A DNA stretch of 64,000 nucleotides from positions 15,054,275 through 15,118,274 of the forward strand of contig NC_134032.1 of the NCBI RefSeq assembly GCF_964204645.1. Direction: 5' to 3'. Position 1 is the first letter of the stretch. The number at the start of each line of letters is the position of its first letter. The position numbers and the translations under genes were made by a program. This DNA is from Tubulanus polymorphus (lineage: Eukaryota > Animalia > Nemertea). Positions 1 to 15,118 of this stretch are shown here, piece after piece. Under the pieces are notes generated by a model. That model was not told where the DNA came from. It made no database searches and saw only the letters and a program-made list of their open reading frames with translations.

Positions 1-3000
1 CACCGTGGAGAAGAATTGGGCCATTAAATTTGAACTTACAGGACTGTAAGGTGAAGACATGGCCGCTGGGCCACCCTCCCACAATCTTCATTAATTCGTA
101 TTTCAACTCTTTAATTTGTATTTCAAATTAATGAAAAATATTTAGTTAAAATCACACTTTATACTGATACCCAATAAACCACTGACTGATGCAAAATATC
201 GAGAGTAAAATTATAACTTGCGTGTCTTATGGGTGGAGACGGCAATGCTGATTTCATTGAACATAGTTCAGGTATGTGTCCTGTCAGCTATGCGTCAATC
301 TATGGGTTATATCTAGCTTATCAAAGGCAGGTGATGGGAAAGGTGCCATCACACACTCACCATTGATAAGTTTCCTAGAGTGTCTGGGCTTTAAAGGGTT
401 ACTTGGACTTTGATTTTTACCTTCAAGTTGTCCTGGGGATGACTTTAAATTGCCCTCATTTTAAACTGGATACTGGGCGTGAAATTTATTAGAGGTTGAA
501 TTTTCAAACATCTTTATTCGGAGGTTAAGAATTTCGAAGTCAGCAGTAAAATTCTAGAAATGATAAAATAAGTTCAAAATAATGAAAAATATGAATATCA
601 CCGTTTAAAATTTAAGGAACCTCTTTTTAAGCTACAATCGGGCTGCATTTTCCGTGTGAGAAACTGTTCTTCTTGTAGAGTGGAATTCTAGAAAATATAA
701 AATGATTTATAAAATTGATGAAATGTGACTAAGTTTTCTTACAGAAATCCATAATTTAAGGTGCCTTTGTGAAACGTATGTTTTTTCGATTACATAAATC
801 AAATCAATGTTTATGATGAGGGGTATCTGAAAACTTACTCCCTTGTGCGCCGAAATAGGCTCGTGTTTAATTGTCTTTAAAAATAGAGAATAGAAAAATA
901 CTTGAATCAAACTATAGTTCATTTAACTATAGAACCAACGGGGTCTAGAGAAATTTTACTGAAAACTTGGTCTCTCGTTGGGAACCAACTTATTTCCTTT
1001 TTCATTTAGTATCTAATTTAATTATCATCAGGATCTCGCACAATTTGATGCAGTTCTCCGGTTTATGGCGTGATGCCAAGTGTTGAAATTCAATATTTCT
1101 ATTGGTTCAACAAAATTCTTCCTAACGCGGAACCTTTTCATAATTAAGCTACAGCTTGATGTTATAGCTATATAGAAAGATAGCTAGTAGTTTCGCATGT
1201 TCAGGACTTTACTGATACTTGTACTTACAGCAGTAGTTAACGGAGATACTGACATCGACTTTGAACTCTAGAAAAGACAACAATATAATAACTTTTATTT
1301 TCCCTCGAATTACAACACGATTATACATAAACACATCAGTCAAATTCACTAAGGGTTGAATTTTCAAACTTCTTTATTCCGAGGTTAAAGGAGGAAGTTT
1401 TGAAATCAGCAGTAGAATTGTAGAGAAGATAAAATGAGTTAAAAATGATAAAAAATATAAATTTACAGAAGACAATTTTAAGCTACTGAGGCCGAGTAGC
1501 TGGATTTGAGATCCGTCCAGTTGCTTCCCTGCTCATGTCGGTTATCAACTGCACCGGCTCAGATGGCCAAATGATGGACATTTTGAGAATAGACCTAAAT
1601 TATTACGAACAAATATATTTCTTGTCGCTAGTCGGCTTATGTCGAACCGATAGAGCAGCAACTGGCGGCCTCTCGTAGGCCACTAGTTGCCACTAATCGG
1701 CGATAAACCCTGTTGCGTCAGTAGGCGTCAGTCGCTTGTCGAATCTATTATCAGTTAGATAATTCACTGAAACTGGCTTAGACCCACTGTACTTAAAAAC
1801 ATCAAACTAGAATTATTATAACTTACTGGTGACAACCTTTCAAAAGGCGTTGGCACGCGCGCGCGGCCAAATTCTGGGCCGGAGGATAGGTGTTCTAGAA
1901 AAAATGAAATTATTTCATATAAATGAAAAATATACAAATTTACAGAACACAATTTCATGCTACAATCAGGCCACAGAGTGAGTTATATTGAATATTCATA
2001 TCAAATCTATCTAAACTTGTCAGTGAGATGAACTGTAAGCATTCATCTACTGTAAAGGCCCCCCACAGACACTAGGGGAATTGAGACGCTGAAAATTCAT
2101 GTCTTAAGATGTGTCTGTTACTACAACTTAGTTGTTTGATTTAACGAGGGAATTCCATAAACTAACAAAAAAGGAATAATCAGCTTGAACCACGGTCTTT
2201 TTCTAGAACTCTTCTTTTTAGCTTTAGGCATCTAGAAAAATAAATGAAATTGTTAAATCATTTTAAATTACAATATTATCAGACATGAGTTATGCAGAGT
2301 TTAGTTACACCGGTCTGAGTTGTGTTACTGGTTGTAAGCTAATTTAAACAGGAAAGTCTTAAACACGTTAGCAAAATGGACTAGTTACCGATTTAAACTT
2401 ATAGGTTGGAATGACCACTCCCCGATCCTGTCCAAGTTGGCCTCTTGTTCGGCCCGCTCATTTAAATGCCGGCGTCTGGTTCGCTAGAAAAGAGTAAAAG
2501 TATTCACGCAATGACAACCAAACTGAACGACAGATTTGATAAACAATTAGTATCATCTATACATCATTTACAGAATATTGATATTTAGTGGAACGATACA
2601 CTTTGCCGATCCACAACAATTTCACCAACATTATCTTAAATTTCTTTTCTTTTTTTTTGATTTTCGTAAGCAATTCGAATGAAAAAGAAATGGTCTATTT
2701 AGACTCGGTATTTAACATGGATGGTATGAATAAATCAATATATTGATACAACTATGTACAAAATAGTGTCGGTCACCGTGGAGAAGAATTGGGCCATTAA
2801 ATTTGAACTTACAGGACTGTAAGGTGAAGACATGGCCGCTGGGCCACCCTCCCACAATCTTCATTAATTCGTATTTCAACTCTTTAATTTGTATTTCAAA
2901 TTAATGAAAAATATTTAGTTAAAATCACACTTTATACTGATACCCAATAAACCACTGACTGATGCAAAATATCGAGAGTAAAATTATATCTTGCGTGTCT

Positions 3001-6000
3001 TATGGGTGGAGACGGCAATGCTGATTTCATTGAACATAGTTCAGGTATGTGTCCTGTCAGCTATGCGTCAATCTATGGGTTATATCTAGCTTATCAAAGG
3101 CAGGTGATTGGAAAGGTTCCATCACACACTCTCCTTTGATAAGTTTCCTAGAGTGTCTGGGCTTTAAAGGGTTACTTGGACTTTGATTTTTACCTTTGAG
3201 TTGTCCTGGGGATGACTTTAAATTGCCCTCATTTTAAACTGGATACTGGGCGTGAAATTTATTAGAGGTTGAATTTTCAAACATCTTTATTCGGAGGTTA
3301 AGAATTTCGAAGTCAGCAGTAAAATTCTAGAAATGATAAAATAAGTTCAAAATAATGAAAAATATGAATATCACCGTTTAAAATTTAAGGAACCTCTTTT
3401 TAAGCTACAATCGGGCTGCATTTTCCGTGTGAGAAACTGTTCTTCTTGTAGAGTGGAATTCTAGAAAATATAAAATGATTTATAAAATTGATGAAATGTG
3501 ACTAAGTTTTCTTACAGAAATCCATAATTTAAGGTGCCTTTGTGAAACGTATGTTTTTTCGATTACATAAATTAAATCAATGTTTATGATGAGGGGTATC
3601 TGAAAACTTACTCCCTTGTGCGCCGAAATAGGCTCGTGTTTAATTGTCTTTAAAAATAGAGAATAGAAAAATACTTGAATCAAACTATAGTTCATTTAAC
3701 TATAGAACCAACGGGGTCTAGAGAGATTTTACTGAAAACTTGGTCTCGCGTTGGGAACCATCTTATTTCCTTTTTTATTTAGTATCTAATTTAATTATCA
3801 TCAGGATCTCGCACAATTTGATGCAGTTCTCCGGTTAATGGCGTGATGCCAAGTGTTGAAATTCAATATTTCTATTGGTTCAACAAAATTCTTCCTAACG
3901 GGAACCTTTTCATAATTAAGCTACAGCTTGATGTTATAGCTATATAGAAAGATAGCTAGTAGTTTCGCATGTTCAGGACTTTACTGATACTTGTACTTAC
4001 AGCAGTAGTTAACGGAGATACTGACATCGACTTTGAACTCTAGAAAAGACAACAATATAATAACTTTTATTTTCCCTCGAATTACAACACGATTATACAT
4101 AAACACATCAGTCAAATTCACTAAGGGTTGAATTTTCAAACTTCTTTATTCCGAGGTTAAAGGAGGAAGTTTTGAAATCAGCAGTAGAATTGTAGAGAAG
4201 ATAAAATGAGTTAAAAATGATAAAAAAATATAAATTTACAGAACACAATTTTAAGCTACTGAGGCCGAGTAGCTGGATTTGAGATCCGTCCAGTTGCCTC
4301 CCTGCTCATGTCGGTTATCAACTGCACCGGCTCAGATGGCCAAATGATGGACATTTTGAGAATAGACCTAAATTATTACGAACAAATATATTTCTTGTCG
4401 CTAGTCGGCTTATGTCGAACCGATAGAGCAGCAACTGGCGGCCTCTCGTAGGCCACTAGTTGCCACTAATCGGCGATAAACCCTGTTGCGTCAGTAGGCG
4501 TCAGTCGCTTGTCGAATCTATTATCAGTTAGATAATTCACTGAAACTGGCTTAGACCCACTGTACTTAAAAACATCAAACTAGAATTATTATAACTTACT
4601 GGTGACAACCTTTCAAAGGGCGTTGGCACGCGCGCGCGGCCAAATTCTGGGCCGGAGGATAGGTGTTCTAGAAAAAATGAAATTATTTCATATAAATGAA
4701 AAATATACAAATTTACAGAACACAATTTCATGCTACAATCAGGCCACAGAGTGAGTTATATTGAATATTCATATCAAATCTATCTAAACTTGTCAGTGAG
4801 ATGAACTGTAAGCATTCATCTACTGTAAAGGCCCCCCACAGACACTAGGGGAATTGAGACGCTGAAAATTCATGTCTTAAGATGTGTCTGTTACTACAAC
4901 TTAGTTGTTTGATTTAACGAGGGAATTCCATAAACTAACAAAAAAGGAATAATCAGCTTGAACCGCGGTCTTTTTCTAGAACTCTTCTTTTTAGCTTTAG
5001 GCATCTAGAAAAATAAATGAAATTGTTAAATCATTTTAAATTACAATATTATCAGACATGAGTTATGCAGAGTTTAGTTACACCGGTCTGAGTTGTGTTA
5101 CTGGTTGTAAGCTAATTTGAACAGGAAAGTCTTAAACACATTATTAGCAAAATGGACTAGTTACCGATTTCAACTTACTGGTTGAAACGACTGCTCTCCT
5201 ATCCGGTCCAAGTTGGCCTCTTGTTCGGCCCGCTCATTTAAATGCCGGCGTCTGGTTCGCTAGAAAAGTGAAAGTATTCACGCAATGACAACCAAACTGA
5301 ACGACAGATTTGATAAACAATTAGTATCATCTATACATCATTTTACAGAATATTGATATTTAGTGGAACGATACACTTTGCCGATCCACAACAATTTCAC
5401 CAACATTATCTTAAATTTCTTTTCTTTTTTTTTTGATTTTCGTAAGCAATTCGAATGAAAAAGAAATGGTCTATTTAGACTCGGTATTTAACATGGATGG
5501 TATGAATAAATCAATATATTGATACAACTATGTACAAAATAGTGTCGGTCACCGTGGAGAAGAATTGGGCCATTAAATTTGAACTTACAGGACTGTAAGG
5601 TGAAGACATGGCCGCTGGGCCACCCTCCCACAATCTTCATTAATTCGTATTTCAACTCTTTAATTTGTATTTCAAATTAATGAAAAATATTTAGTTAAAA
5701 TCACACTTTATACTGATACTCAATAAACCACTGACTGATGCAAAATATCGAGAGTAAAATTATAACTTGCGTGTCTTATGGGTGGAGACGGCAATGCTGA
5801 TTTCATTGAACATAGTTCAGGTATGTGTCCTGTCAGCTATGCGTCAATCTATGGGTTATATCTAGCTTATCAAAGGCAGGTGATGGGAAAGGTGCCATCA
5901 CACACTCACCTTTGATAAGTTTCCTAGAGTGTCTGGGCTTTAGAGGGTTACTTGGACTTTGATTTTTACCTTTGAGTTGTCCTGGGGATGACTTTAAATT

Positions 6001-9000
6001 GCCCTCATTTTAAACTGGATACTGGGCGTGAAATTTATTAGAGGTTGAATTTTCAAACATCTTTATTCGGAGGTTAAGAATTTCGAAGTCAGCAGTAAAA
6101 TTCTAGAAATGATAAAATAAGTTCAAAATAATGAAAAATATGAATATCACCGTTTAAAATTTAAGGAACCTCTTTTTAAGCTACAATCGGGCTGCATTTT
6201 CCGTGTGAGAAACTGTTCTTCTTGTAGAGTGGAATTCTAGAAAATATAAAATGATTTATAAAATTGATGAAATGTGACTAAGTTTTCTTACAGAAATCCA
6301 TAATTTAAGGTGCCTTTGTGAAACGTATGTTTTTTCGATTACATAAATCAAATCAATGTTTATGATGAGGGGTATCTGAAAACTTACTTGTGCGCCGAAA
6401 TAGGCTCGTGTTTAATTGTCTTTAAAAATAGAGAATAGAAAAATACTTGAATCAAACTATAGTTCATTTAACTATAGAACCAACGGGGTCTAGAGAAATT
6501 TTACTGAAAACTTGGTCTCTCGTTGGGAACCAACTTATTTCCTTTTTCATTTAGTATCTAATTTAATTATCATCAGGATCTCGCACAATTTGATGCAGTT
6601 CTCCGGTTTATGGCGTGATGCCAAGTGTTGAAATTCAATATTTCTATTGGTTCAACAAAATTCTTCCTAACGCGGAACCTTTTCATAATTAAGCTACAGC
6701 TTGATGTTATAGCTATATAGAAAGATAGCTAGTAGTTTCGCATGTTCAGGACTTTACTGATACTTGTACTTACAGCAGTAGTTAACGGAGATACTGACAT
6801 CGACTTTGAACTCTAGAAAAGACAACAATATAATAACTTTTATTTTCCCTCGAATTACAACACGATTATACATAAACACATCAGTCAAATTCACTAAGGG
6901 TTGAATTTTCAAACTTCTTTATTCCGAGGTTAAAGGAGGAAGTTTTGAAATCAGCAGTAGAATTGTAGAGAAGATAAAATGAGTTAAAAATGATAAAAAA
7001 TATAAATTTACTGAACACAATTTTAAGCTACTGAGGCCGAGTAGCTGGATTTGAGATCCGTCCAGTTGCTTCCCTGCTCATGTCGGTTATCAACTGCACC
7101 GGCTCAGATGGCCAAATGATGGACATTTTGAGAATAGACCTAAATTATTACGAACAAATATATTTCTTGTCGCTAGTCGGCTTATGTCGAACCGATAGAG
7201 CAGCAACTGGCGGCCTCTCGTAGGCCACTAGTTGCCACTAATCGGCGATAAACCCTGTTGCGTCAGTAGGCGTCAGTCGCTTGTCGAATCTATTATCAGT
7301 TAGATAATTCACTGAAACTGGCTTAGACCCACTGTACTTAAAAACATCAAACTAGAATTATTATAACTTACTGGTGACAACCTTTCAAAAGGCGTTGGCA
7401 CGCGCGCGCGGCCAAATTCTGGGCCGGAGGATAGGTGTTCTAGAAAAAATGAAATTATTTCATATAAATGAAAAATATACAAATTTACAGAACACAATTT
7501 CATGCTACAATCAGGCCACAGAGTGAGTTATATTGAATATTCATATCAAATCTATCTAAACTTGTCAGTGAGATGAACTGTAAGCATTCATCTACTGTAA
7601 AGGCCCCCCACAGACACTAGGGGAATTGAGACGCTGAAAATTCATGTCTTAAGATGTGTCTGTTACTACAACTTAGTTGTTTGATTTAACGAGGGAATTC
7701 CATAAACTAACAAAAAAGGAATAATCAGCTTGAACCGCGGTCTTTTTCTAGAACTCTTCTTTTTAGCTTTAGGCATCTAGAAAAATAAATGAAATTGTTA
7801 AATCATTTTAAATTACAATATTATCAGACATGAGTTATGCAGAGTTTAGTTACACCGGTCTGAGTTGTGTTACTGGTTGTAAGCTAATTTAAACAGGAAA
7901 GTCTTAAACAGGTTAGCAAAATGGACTAGTTACCGATTTAAACTTATAGGTTGGAATGACCACTCCCCGATCCTGTCCAAGTTGGCCTCTTGTTCGGCCC
8001 GCTCATTTAAATGCCGGCGTCTGGTTCGCTAGAAAAGAGAAAGTATTCACGCAATGACAACCAAACTGAACGACAGATTTGATAAACAATTAGTATCATC
8101 TATACATCATTTTACAGAATATTGATATTTAGTGGAACGATACACTTTGCCGATCCACAACAATTTCACCAACATTATCTTAAATTTCTTTTCTTTTTTT
8201 TTGATTTTCGTAAGCAATTCGAATGAAAAAGAAATGATCTATTTAGGCTCGGTATTTAACATGGATGGTATGAATAAATCAATATATTGATACAACTATG
8301 TACAAAATAGTGTTGGTCACCGTGGAGAAGAATTGGGCCTTTAAATTTGAGCTTACAGGACTGTAAGGTGAAGACATGGCCGCTGGGCCACCCTCCCACA
8401 ATCTTCGTGTTTTTGGCATTTTTGCTGAGCTTCTTTCAATAAAAGCTTGGTCTGTTTCATTAAGACGTTTAAGTTTTAAAAGTTGATTTTTATTTGTGGG
8501 CTCTTGATCTGATAAATCAAATCAATGTTTATGATGAGGGGTATCTGAAAACTTACTCCCTTGTGCGCCGAAATAGGCTCGTGTTTAATTGTCTTTAAAA
8601 ATAGAGAATGGAAAAATACTTGAATCAAACTATAGTTCATTTAACTATAGAACCAACGGGGTCTAGAGAGATTTTACTGAAAACTTGGTCTCTCGTTGGG
8701 AACCAACTTATTTCCTTTTTCATTTAGTATCTAATTTAATTATCATCAGGATCTCGCACAATTTGATGCAGTTCTCCGGATTATGGTGTGATGGAAAATT
8801 CATAGAAAGTTATACATAGTTCGTCTTAAATCAAATTAATAGGAAGTTAATAAACATTTTGTCTTTTGTAAAGCACAGCAATTATCTTATATAGTTCTGC
8901 ACTACATATGCAAATGAATTATTATATTATCATCTTGTGCTCATTGTGGCTCCATCTGTGCCCTAGCTGATACATGGGGCGCGGGCGAGGATCCATCAAA

Positions 9001-12000
9001 CACGCCCATCAGCTGTCTTTCTTCGGGCTGTTCCCTATGTCCGGGTTCACTAGTCGTGGAACACCCCCATGCCGGGCCACCTCGCCGATATCACATTGTC
9101 TTAGGCATTTTTTTACAAAACTTAAAAGAAAACTATTAAATCATATGATAATACAATATTATATCGGACATGATGGTCCTCCACTAAAGTCCTCCACTAA
9201 AGTCCACCATTCTGGCTTGCCAGTTTTCCTTTTCCTTCTTTACAAAATTATCTGATTCTGTTTATTTTTTCAGAATGAATTACGATGAAAGCAGTAAATT
9301 TGAACTTACCTATTCATACGGTCTTTTTCTAGAACTCTTCTTTTTAGCTTTAGGCATCTAGAAAAATAAATGAAATTGTTAAATCATTTTAAATTACAAT
9401 ATTATCAGACATGAGTTATGCAGAGTTTAGTTACACCGGTCTGAGTTGTGTTACTGGTTGTAAGCTAATTTGAACAGGAAAGTCTTAAACACATTAGCAA
9501 AATGGACTAGTTACCGATTTAAACTTATAGGTTGGAACGACCACTCCCCGATCCGGTCCAAGTTGGCCTCTTGTTCGGCCCGCTCATTTAAATGCCGGCG
9601 TCTGGTTCGCTAGAAAAGGGTAAAAGTATTCATGCAATGACAACCAAACTGAACGACAGATTTGATAAACAATTAGTATCATCTATACATCATTTTACAG
9701 AATATTGATATTTAGTGGAACGATACACTTTGCCGATCCACAACAATTTCACCAACATTATCTTAAATTTCTTTTCTTTTTTTTTTTGATTTTCGTAAGC
9801 AATTCGAATGAAAAAGAAATGGTCTATTTAGACTCGGTATTTAACATGGATGGTATGAATAAATCAATATATTGATACAACTATGTACAAAATAGTGTCG
9901 GTCACCGTGGAGAAGAATTGGGCCTTTAAATTTGAACTTACAGGACTGTAAGGTGAAGACATGGCCGCTGGGCCACCCTCCCACAATCTTCATTAATTCG
10001 TATTTCAACTCTTTAATTTGTATTTCAAATTAATGAAAAATATTTAGTTAAAATCACACTTTATACTGATACCCAATAAACCACTGACTGATGCAAAATA
10101 TCGAGAGTAAAATTATAACTTGCGTGTCTTATGGGTGGAGACGGCAATGCTGATTTCATTGAACATAGTTCAGGTATGTGTCCTGTCAGCTATGCGTCAA
10201 TCTATGGGTTATATCTAGCTTATCAAAGGCAGGTGATTGGAAAGGTTCCATCACACACTCTCCTTTGATAAGTTTCCTAGAGTGTCTGGGCTTTAAAGGG
10301 TTACTTGGACTTTGATTTTTACCTCGAGTTGTCCTGGGGATGACTTTAAATTGCCCTCATTTTTAACTGGATACTAACGACATCGACTTTGAACTCTAGA
10401 AAAGACAACAATATAATAACTTTTATTTTCCCTCGAATTACAACACGATTAAACATAAACACATCAGTCAAATTCACTAAGGGTTGAATTTTCAAACTTC
10501 TTTATTCCGAGGTTAAAGGAGGAAGTTTTGAAATCAGCAGTAGAATTGTAGAGAAGATAAAATGAGTTAAAAATGATAAAAAATATAAATTTACAGAACA
10601 CAATTTTAAGCTACTGAGGCCGAGTAGCTGGATTTGAGATCCGTCCAGTTGCTTCCCTGCTCATGTCGATTATCAACTGCACCGGCTCAGATGGCCAAAT
10701 GATGGACATTTTGAGAATAGACCTAAATTATTACGAACAAATATATTTCTTGTCGCAAGTCGGCTTATGTCGAACCGATAGAGCAGCAACTGGCGGCCTC
10801 TCGTAGGCCACTAGTTGCCACTAATCGGCGATAAACCCTGTTGCGTCAGTAGGCGTCAGTCGCTTGTCGAATCTATTATCAGTTAGATAATTCACTGAAA
10901 CTGGCTTAGACCCACTGTACTTAAAAACATCAAACTAGAATTATTATAACTTACTGGTGACAACCTTTCAAAGGGCGTTGGCACGCGCGCGCGGCCAAAT
11001 TCTGGGCCGGAGGATAGGTGTTCTAGAAAAAATGAAATTATTTCATATAAATGAAAAATATACAAATTTACAGAACACAATTTGATGCTACAATCAGGCC
11101 ACAGAGTGAGTTATATTGAATATTCATATCAAATCTATCTAAACTTGTCAGTGAGATGAACTGTAAGCATTCATCTACTGTAAAGGCCCCCCACAGACAC
11201 TAGGGGAATTGAGACGCTGAAAATTCATGTCTTAAGATTTGTCTGTTACTACAACTTAGTTGTTTGATTTTACGAGGGAATTCCATAAACTAACAAAAAA
11301 GGAATAATCAGCTTGAACCGCGGTCTTTTTCTAGAACTCTTCTTTTTAGCTTTAGGCATCTAGAAAAATAAATGAAATTGTTAAATCATTTTAAATTACA
11401 ATATTATCAGACATGAGTTATGCAGAGTTTAGTTACACCGGTCTGAGTTGTGTTACTGGTTGTAAGCTAATTTAAACAGGAAAGTCTTAAACACATTAGC
11501 AAAATGGACTAGTTACCGATTTAAACTTACTGGTTGGAACGACCGCTCTCCTATCCGGTCCAAGTTGGCCTCTTGTTCGGCCCGCTCATTTAAATGCCGG
11601 CGTCTGGTTCGCTAGAAAAGAGTAAAAGTATTCATGCAATGACAACCAAACTGAACGACAGATTTGATAAACAATTAGTATCATCTATACATCATTTTAC
11701 AGAATATTGATATTTAGTGGAACGATACACTTTGCCGATCCACAACAATTTCACCAACATTATCTTAAATTTCTTTTCTTTTTTTTTTGATTTTCGTAAG
11801 CAATTCGAATGAAAAAGAAATGGTCTATTTAGACTCGGTATTTAACATGGATGGTATGAATAAATCAATATATTGATACAACTATGTACAAAATAGTGTC
11901 GGTCACCGTGGAGAAGAATTGGGCCATTAAATTTGAACTTACAGGACTGTAAGGTGAAGACATGGCCGCTGGGCCACCCTCCCACAATCTTCATTAATTC

Positions 12001-15000
12001 GTATTTCAACTCTTTAATTTGTATTTCAAATTAATGAAAAATATTTAGTTAAAATCACACTTTATACTGATACCCAATAAACCACTGACTGATGCAAAAT
12101 ATCGAGAGTAAAATTATAACTTGCGTGTCTTATGGGTGGAGACGGCAATGCTGATTTCATTGAACATAGTTCAGGTATGTGTCCTGTCAGCTATGCGTCA
12201 ATCTATGGGTTATATCTAGCTTATCAAAGGCAGGTGATTGGAAAGCTTCCATTACACACTCTCCTTTGATAAGTTTCCTACAGTGTCTGGGCTTTAGAGG
12301 GTTACTTGGACTTTGATTTTTACCTTTGAGTTGTCCTGGGGATGACTTTAAATTGCCCTCATTTTAAACTGTATACTGGGCGTGAAATTTATTAGAGGTT
12401 GAATTTTCAAACATCTTTATTCGGAGGTTAAGAATTTCGAAGTCAGCAGTAAAATTCTAGAAATGATAAAATAAGTTCAAAATAATGAAAAATATGAATA
12501 TCACCGTTTAAAATTTAAGGAACCTCTTTTTAAGCTACAATCGGGCTGCATTTTCCGTGTGAGAAACTGTTCTTCTTGTAGAGTGGAATTCTAGAAAATA
12601 TAAAATGATTTATAAAATTGATGAAATGTGACTAAGTTTTCTTACAGAAATCCATAATTTAAGGTGCCTTTGTGAAACGTATGTTTTTTCGATTACATAA
12701 ATCAAATCAATGTTTATGATGAGGGGTATCTGAAAACTTACTTGTGCGCCGAAATAGGCTCGTGTTTAATTGTCTTTAAAAATAGAGAATAGAAAAATAC
12801 TTGAATCAAACTATAGTTCATTTAACTATAGAACCAACGGGGTCTAGAGAGATTTTACTGAAAACTTGGTCTCTCGTTGGGAACCATCTTATTTCCTTTT
12901 TTATTTAGTATCTAATTTAATTATCATCAGGATCTCGCACAATTTGATGCAGTTCTCCGGTTTATGGCGTGATGCCAAGTGTTGAAATTTAATATTTCTA
13001 TTGGTTCAACAAAATTCTTCCTAACGCGGAACCTTTTCATAATTAAGCTACAGCTTGATGTTATAGCTATATAGAGAGATAGCTAGTAGTTTCGCATGTT
13101 CAGGACTTTACTGATACTTGTACTTACAGCAGTAGTTAACGGAGATACTGACATCGACTTTGAACTCTAGAAAAGACAACAATATAATAACTTTTATTTT
13201 CCCTCGAATTACAACACGATTATACATAAACACATCAGTCAAATTCACTAAGGGTTGAATTTTCAAACTTCTTTATTCCGAGGTTAAAGGAGGAAGTTTT
13301 GCAATCAGCAGTAGAATTGTAGAGAAGATAAAATGAGTTAAAAATGATAAAAAATATAAATTTACAGAACACAATTTTAAGCTACTGAGGCCGAGTAGCT
13401 GGATTTGAGATCCGTCCAGTTGCTTCCCTGCTCATGTCGGTTATCAACTGCACCGGCTCAGATGGCCAAATGATGGACATTTTGAGAATAGACCTAAATT
13501 ATTACAAACAAATATATTTCTTGTCGCTAGTCGGCTTATGTCGAACCGATAGAGCAGCAACTGGCGGCCTCTCGTAGGCCACTAGTTGCCACTAATCGGC
13601 GATAAACCCTGTTGCGTCAGTAGGTGTCAGTCGCTTGTCGAATCTATTATCAGTTAGATAATTCACTGAAACTGGCTTAGACCCACTGTACTTAAAAACA
13701 TCAAACTAGAATTATTATAACTTACTGGTGACAACCTTTCAAAAGGCGTTGGCACGCGCGCGCGGCCAAATTCTGGGCCGGAGGATAGGTGTTCTAGAAA
13801 AAATGAAATTATTTCATATAAATGAAAAATATACAAATTTACAGAACACAATTTCATGCTACAATCAGGCCACAGAGTGAGTTATATTGAATATTCATAT
13901 CAAATCTATCTAAACTTGTCAGTGAGATGAACTGTAAGCATTCATCTACTGTAAAGGCCCCCCACAGACACAAGGGGAATTGAGACGCTGAAAATTCATG
14001 TCTTAAGATGTGTCTGTTACTACAACTTAGTTGTTTGATTTAACGAGGGAATTCCATAAACTAACAAAAAAGGAATAATCAGCTTGAACCGCGGTCTTTT
14101 CCTAGAACTCTTCTTTTTAGAGTTTCGCATGTTCAGGACTTTACTGATACTTGTACTTACAGCAGTAGTTAACGGAGATACTGACATCGACTTTGAACTC
14201 TAGAAAAGACAACAATATAATAACTTTTATTTTCCCTGGAATTACAACACGATTATACATAAACACATCAGTCAAATTCACTAAGGGTTGAATTTTCAAA
14301 CTTCTTTATTCCGAGGTTAAAGGAGGAAGTTTTGAAATCAGCAGTAGAATTGTAGAGAAGATAAAATGAGTTAAAAATGATAAAAAATATAAATTTACAG
14401 AACACAATTTTAAGCTACTGAGGCCGAGTAGCTGGATTTGAGATCCGTCCAGTTGCTTCCCTGCTCATGTCGGTTATCAACTGCACCGGCTCAGATGGCC
14501 AAATGATGGACATTTTTAGAATAGACCTAAATTATTACGAACAAATATATTTCTTGTCGCTAGTCGGCTTATGTCGAACCGATAGAGCAGCAACTGGCGG
14601 CCTCTCGTAGGCCACTAGTTGCCACTAATCGGCGATAAACCCTGTTGCGTCAGTAGGCGTCAGTCGCTTGTCGAATCTATTATCAGTTAGATAATTCACT
14701 AAAACTGGCTTAGACCCATTGTACTTAAAAACATCAAACTAGAATTATTATAACTTACTGGTGAATACGCCCTCATTGGATATGGGGTCGGGGCCCGAGT
14801 CGGGGCAGGAGCATTGGTGTTCTAGAAAAAATGAAATTATTTCATATAAATGAAAAATATACAAATTTACAGAACACAATTTCATGCTACAATCAGGCCA
14901 CAGAGTGAGTTATATTGAATATTCATATCAAATCTATCTAAACTTGTCAGTGAGATGAACTGTAAGCATTCATCTACTGTAAAGGCCCCCCACGGACACT

Positions 15001-15118
15001 AGGGGAATTGAGACGCTGAAAATTCATGTCTTAAGATTTGTCTGTTACCACAACTTAGTTGTTTGATTTTACGAGGGAATTCCATAAACTAAAAAAAAAG
15101 GAATAATCAGCTTGAACC
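1..15118. repeat. ~2.77-kb tandem macrosatellite / segmental amplification, ~5.5 units with rearranged copies
   Basis: Marker caccgtggagaagaattggg at 1, 2774, 5550, 8318, 9903, 11904; periods 2773/2776/2768; near-identical copies; variant unit 8318-9317, internal deletion at ~10375, back-jump at ~14120. Confidence 0.97.

Noticed and set aside
40-90. Minus-strand MKIVGGWPSG resembling a trypsin activation site (IVGG)
   Set aside because: That frame is closed in the longer ancestral copy at 8357-8508 and no protease His/Asp/Ser exons follow.
707-13857. Repeated ORFs MNYSLIQ... and MKLCSVN... as standalone small proteins
   Set aside because: They run through intron sequence around 36- and 68-nt exon-like cores.
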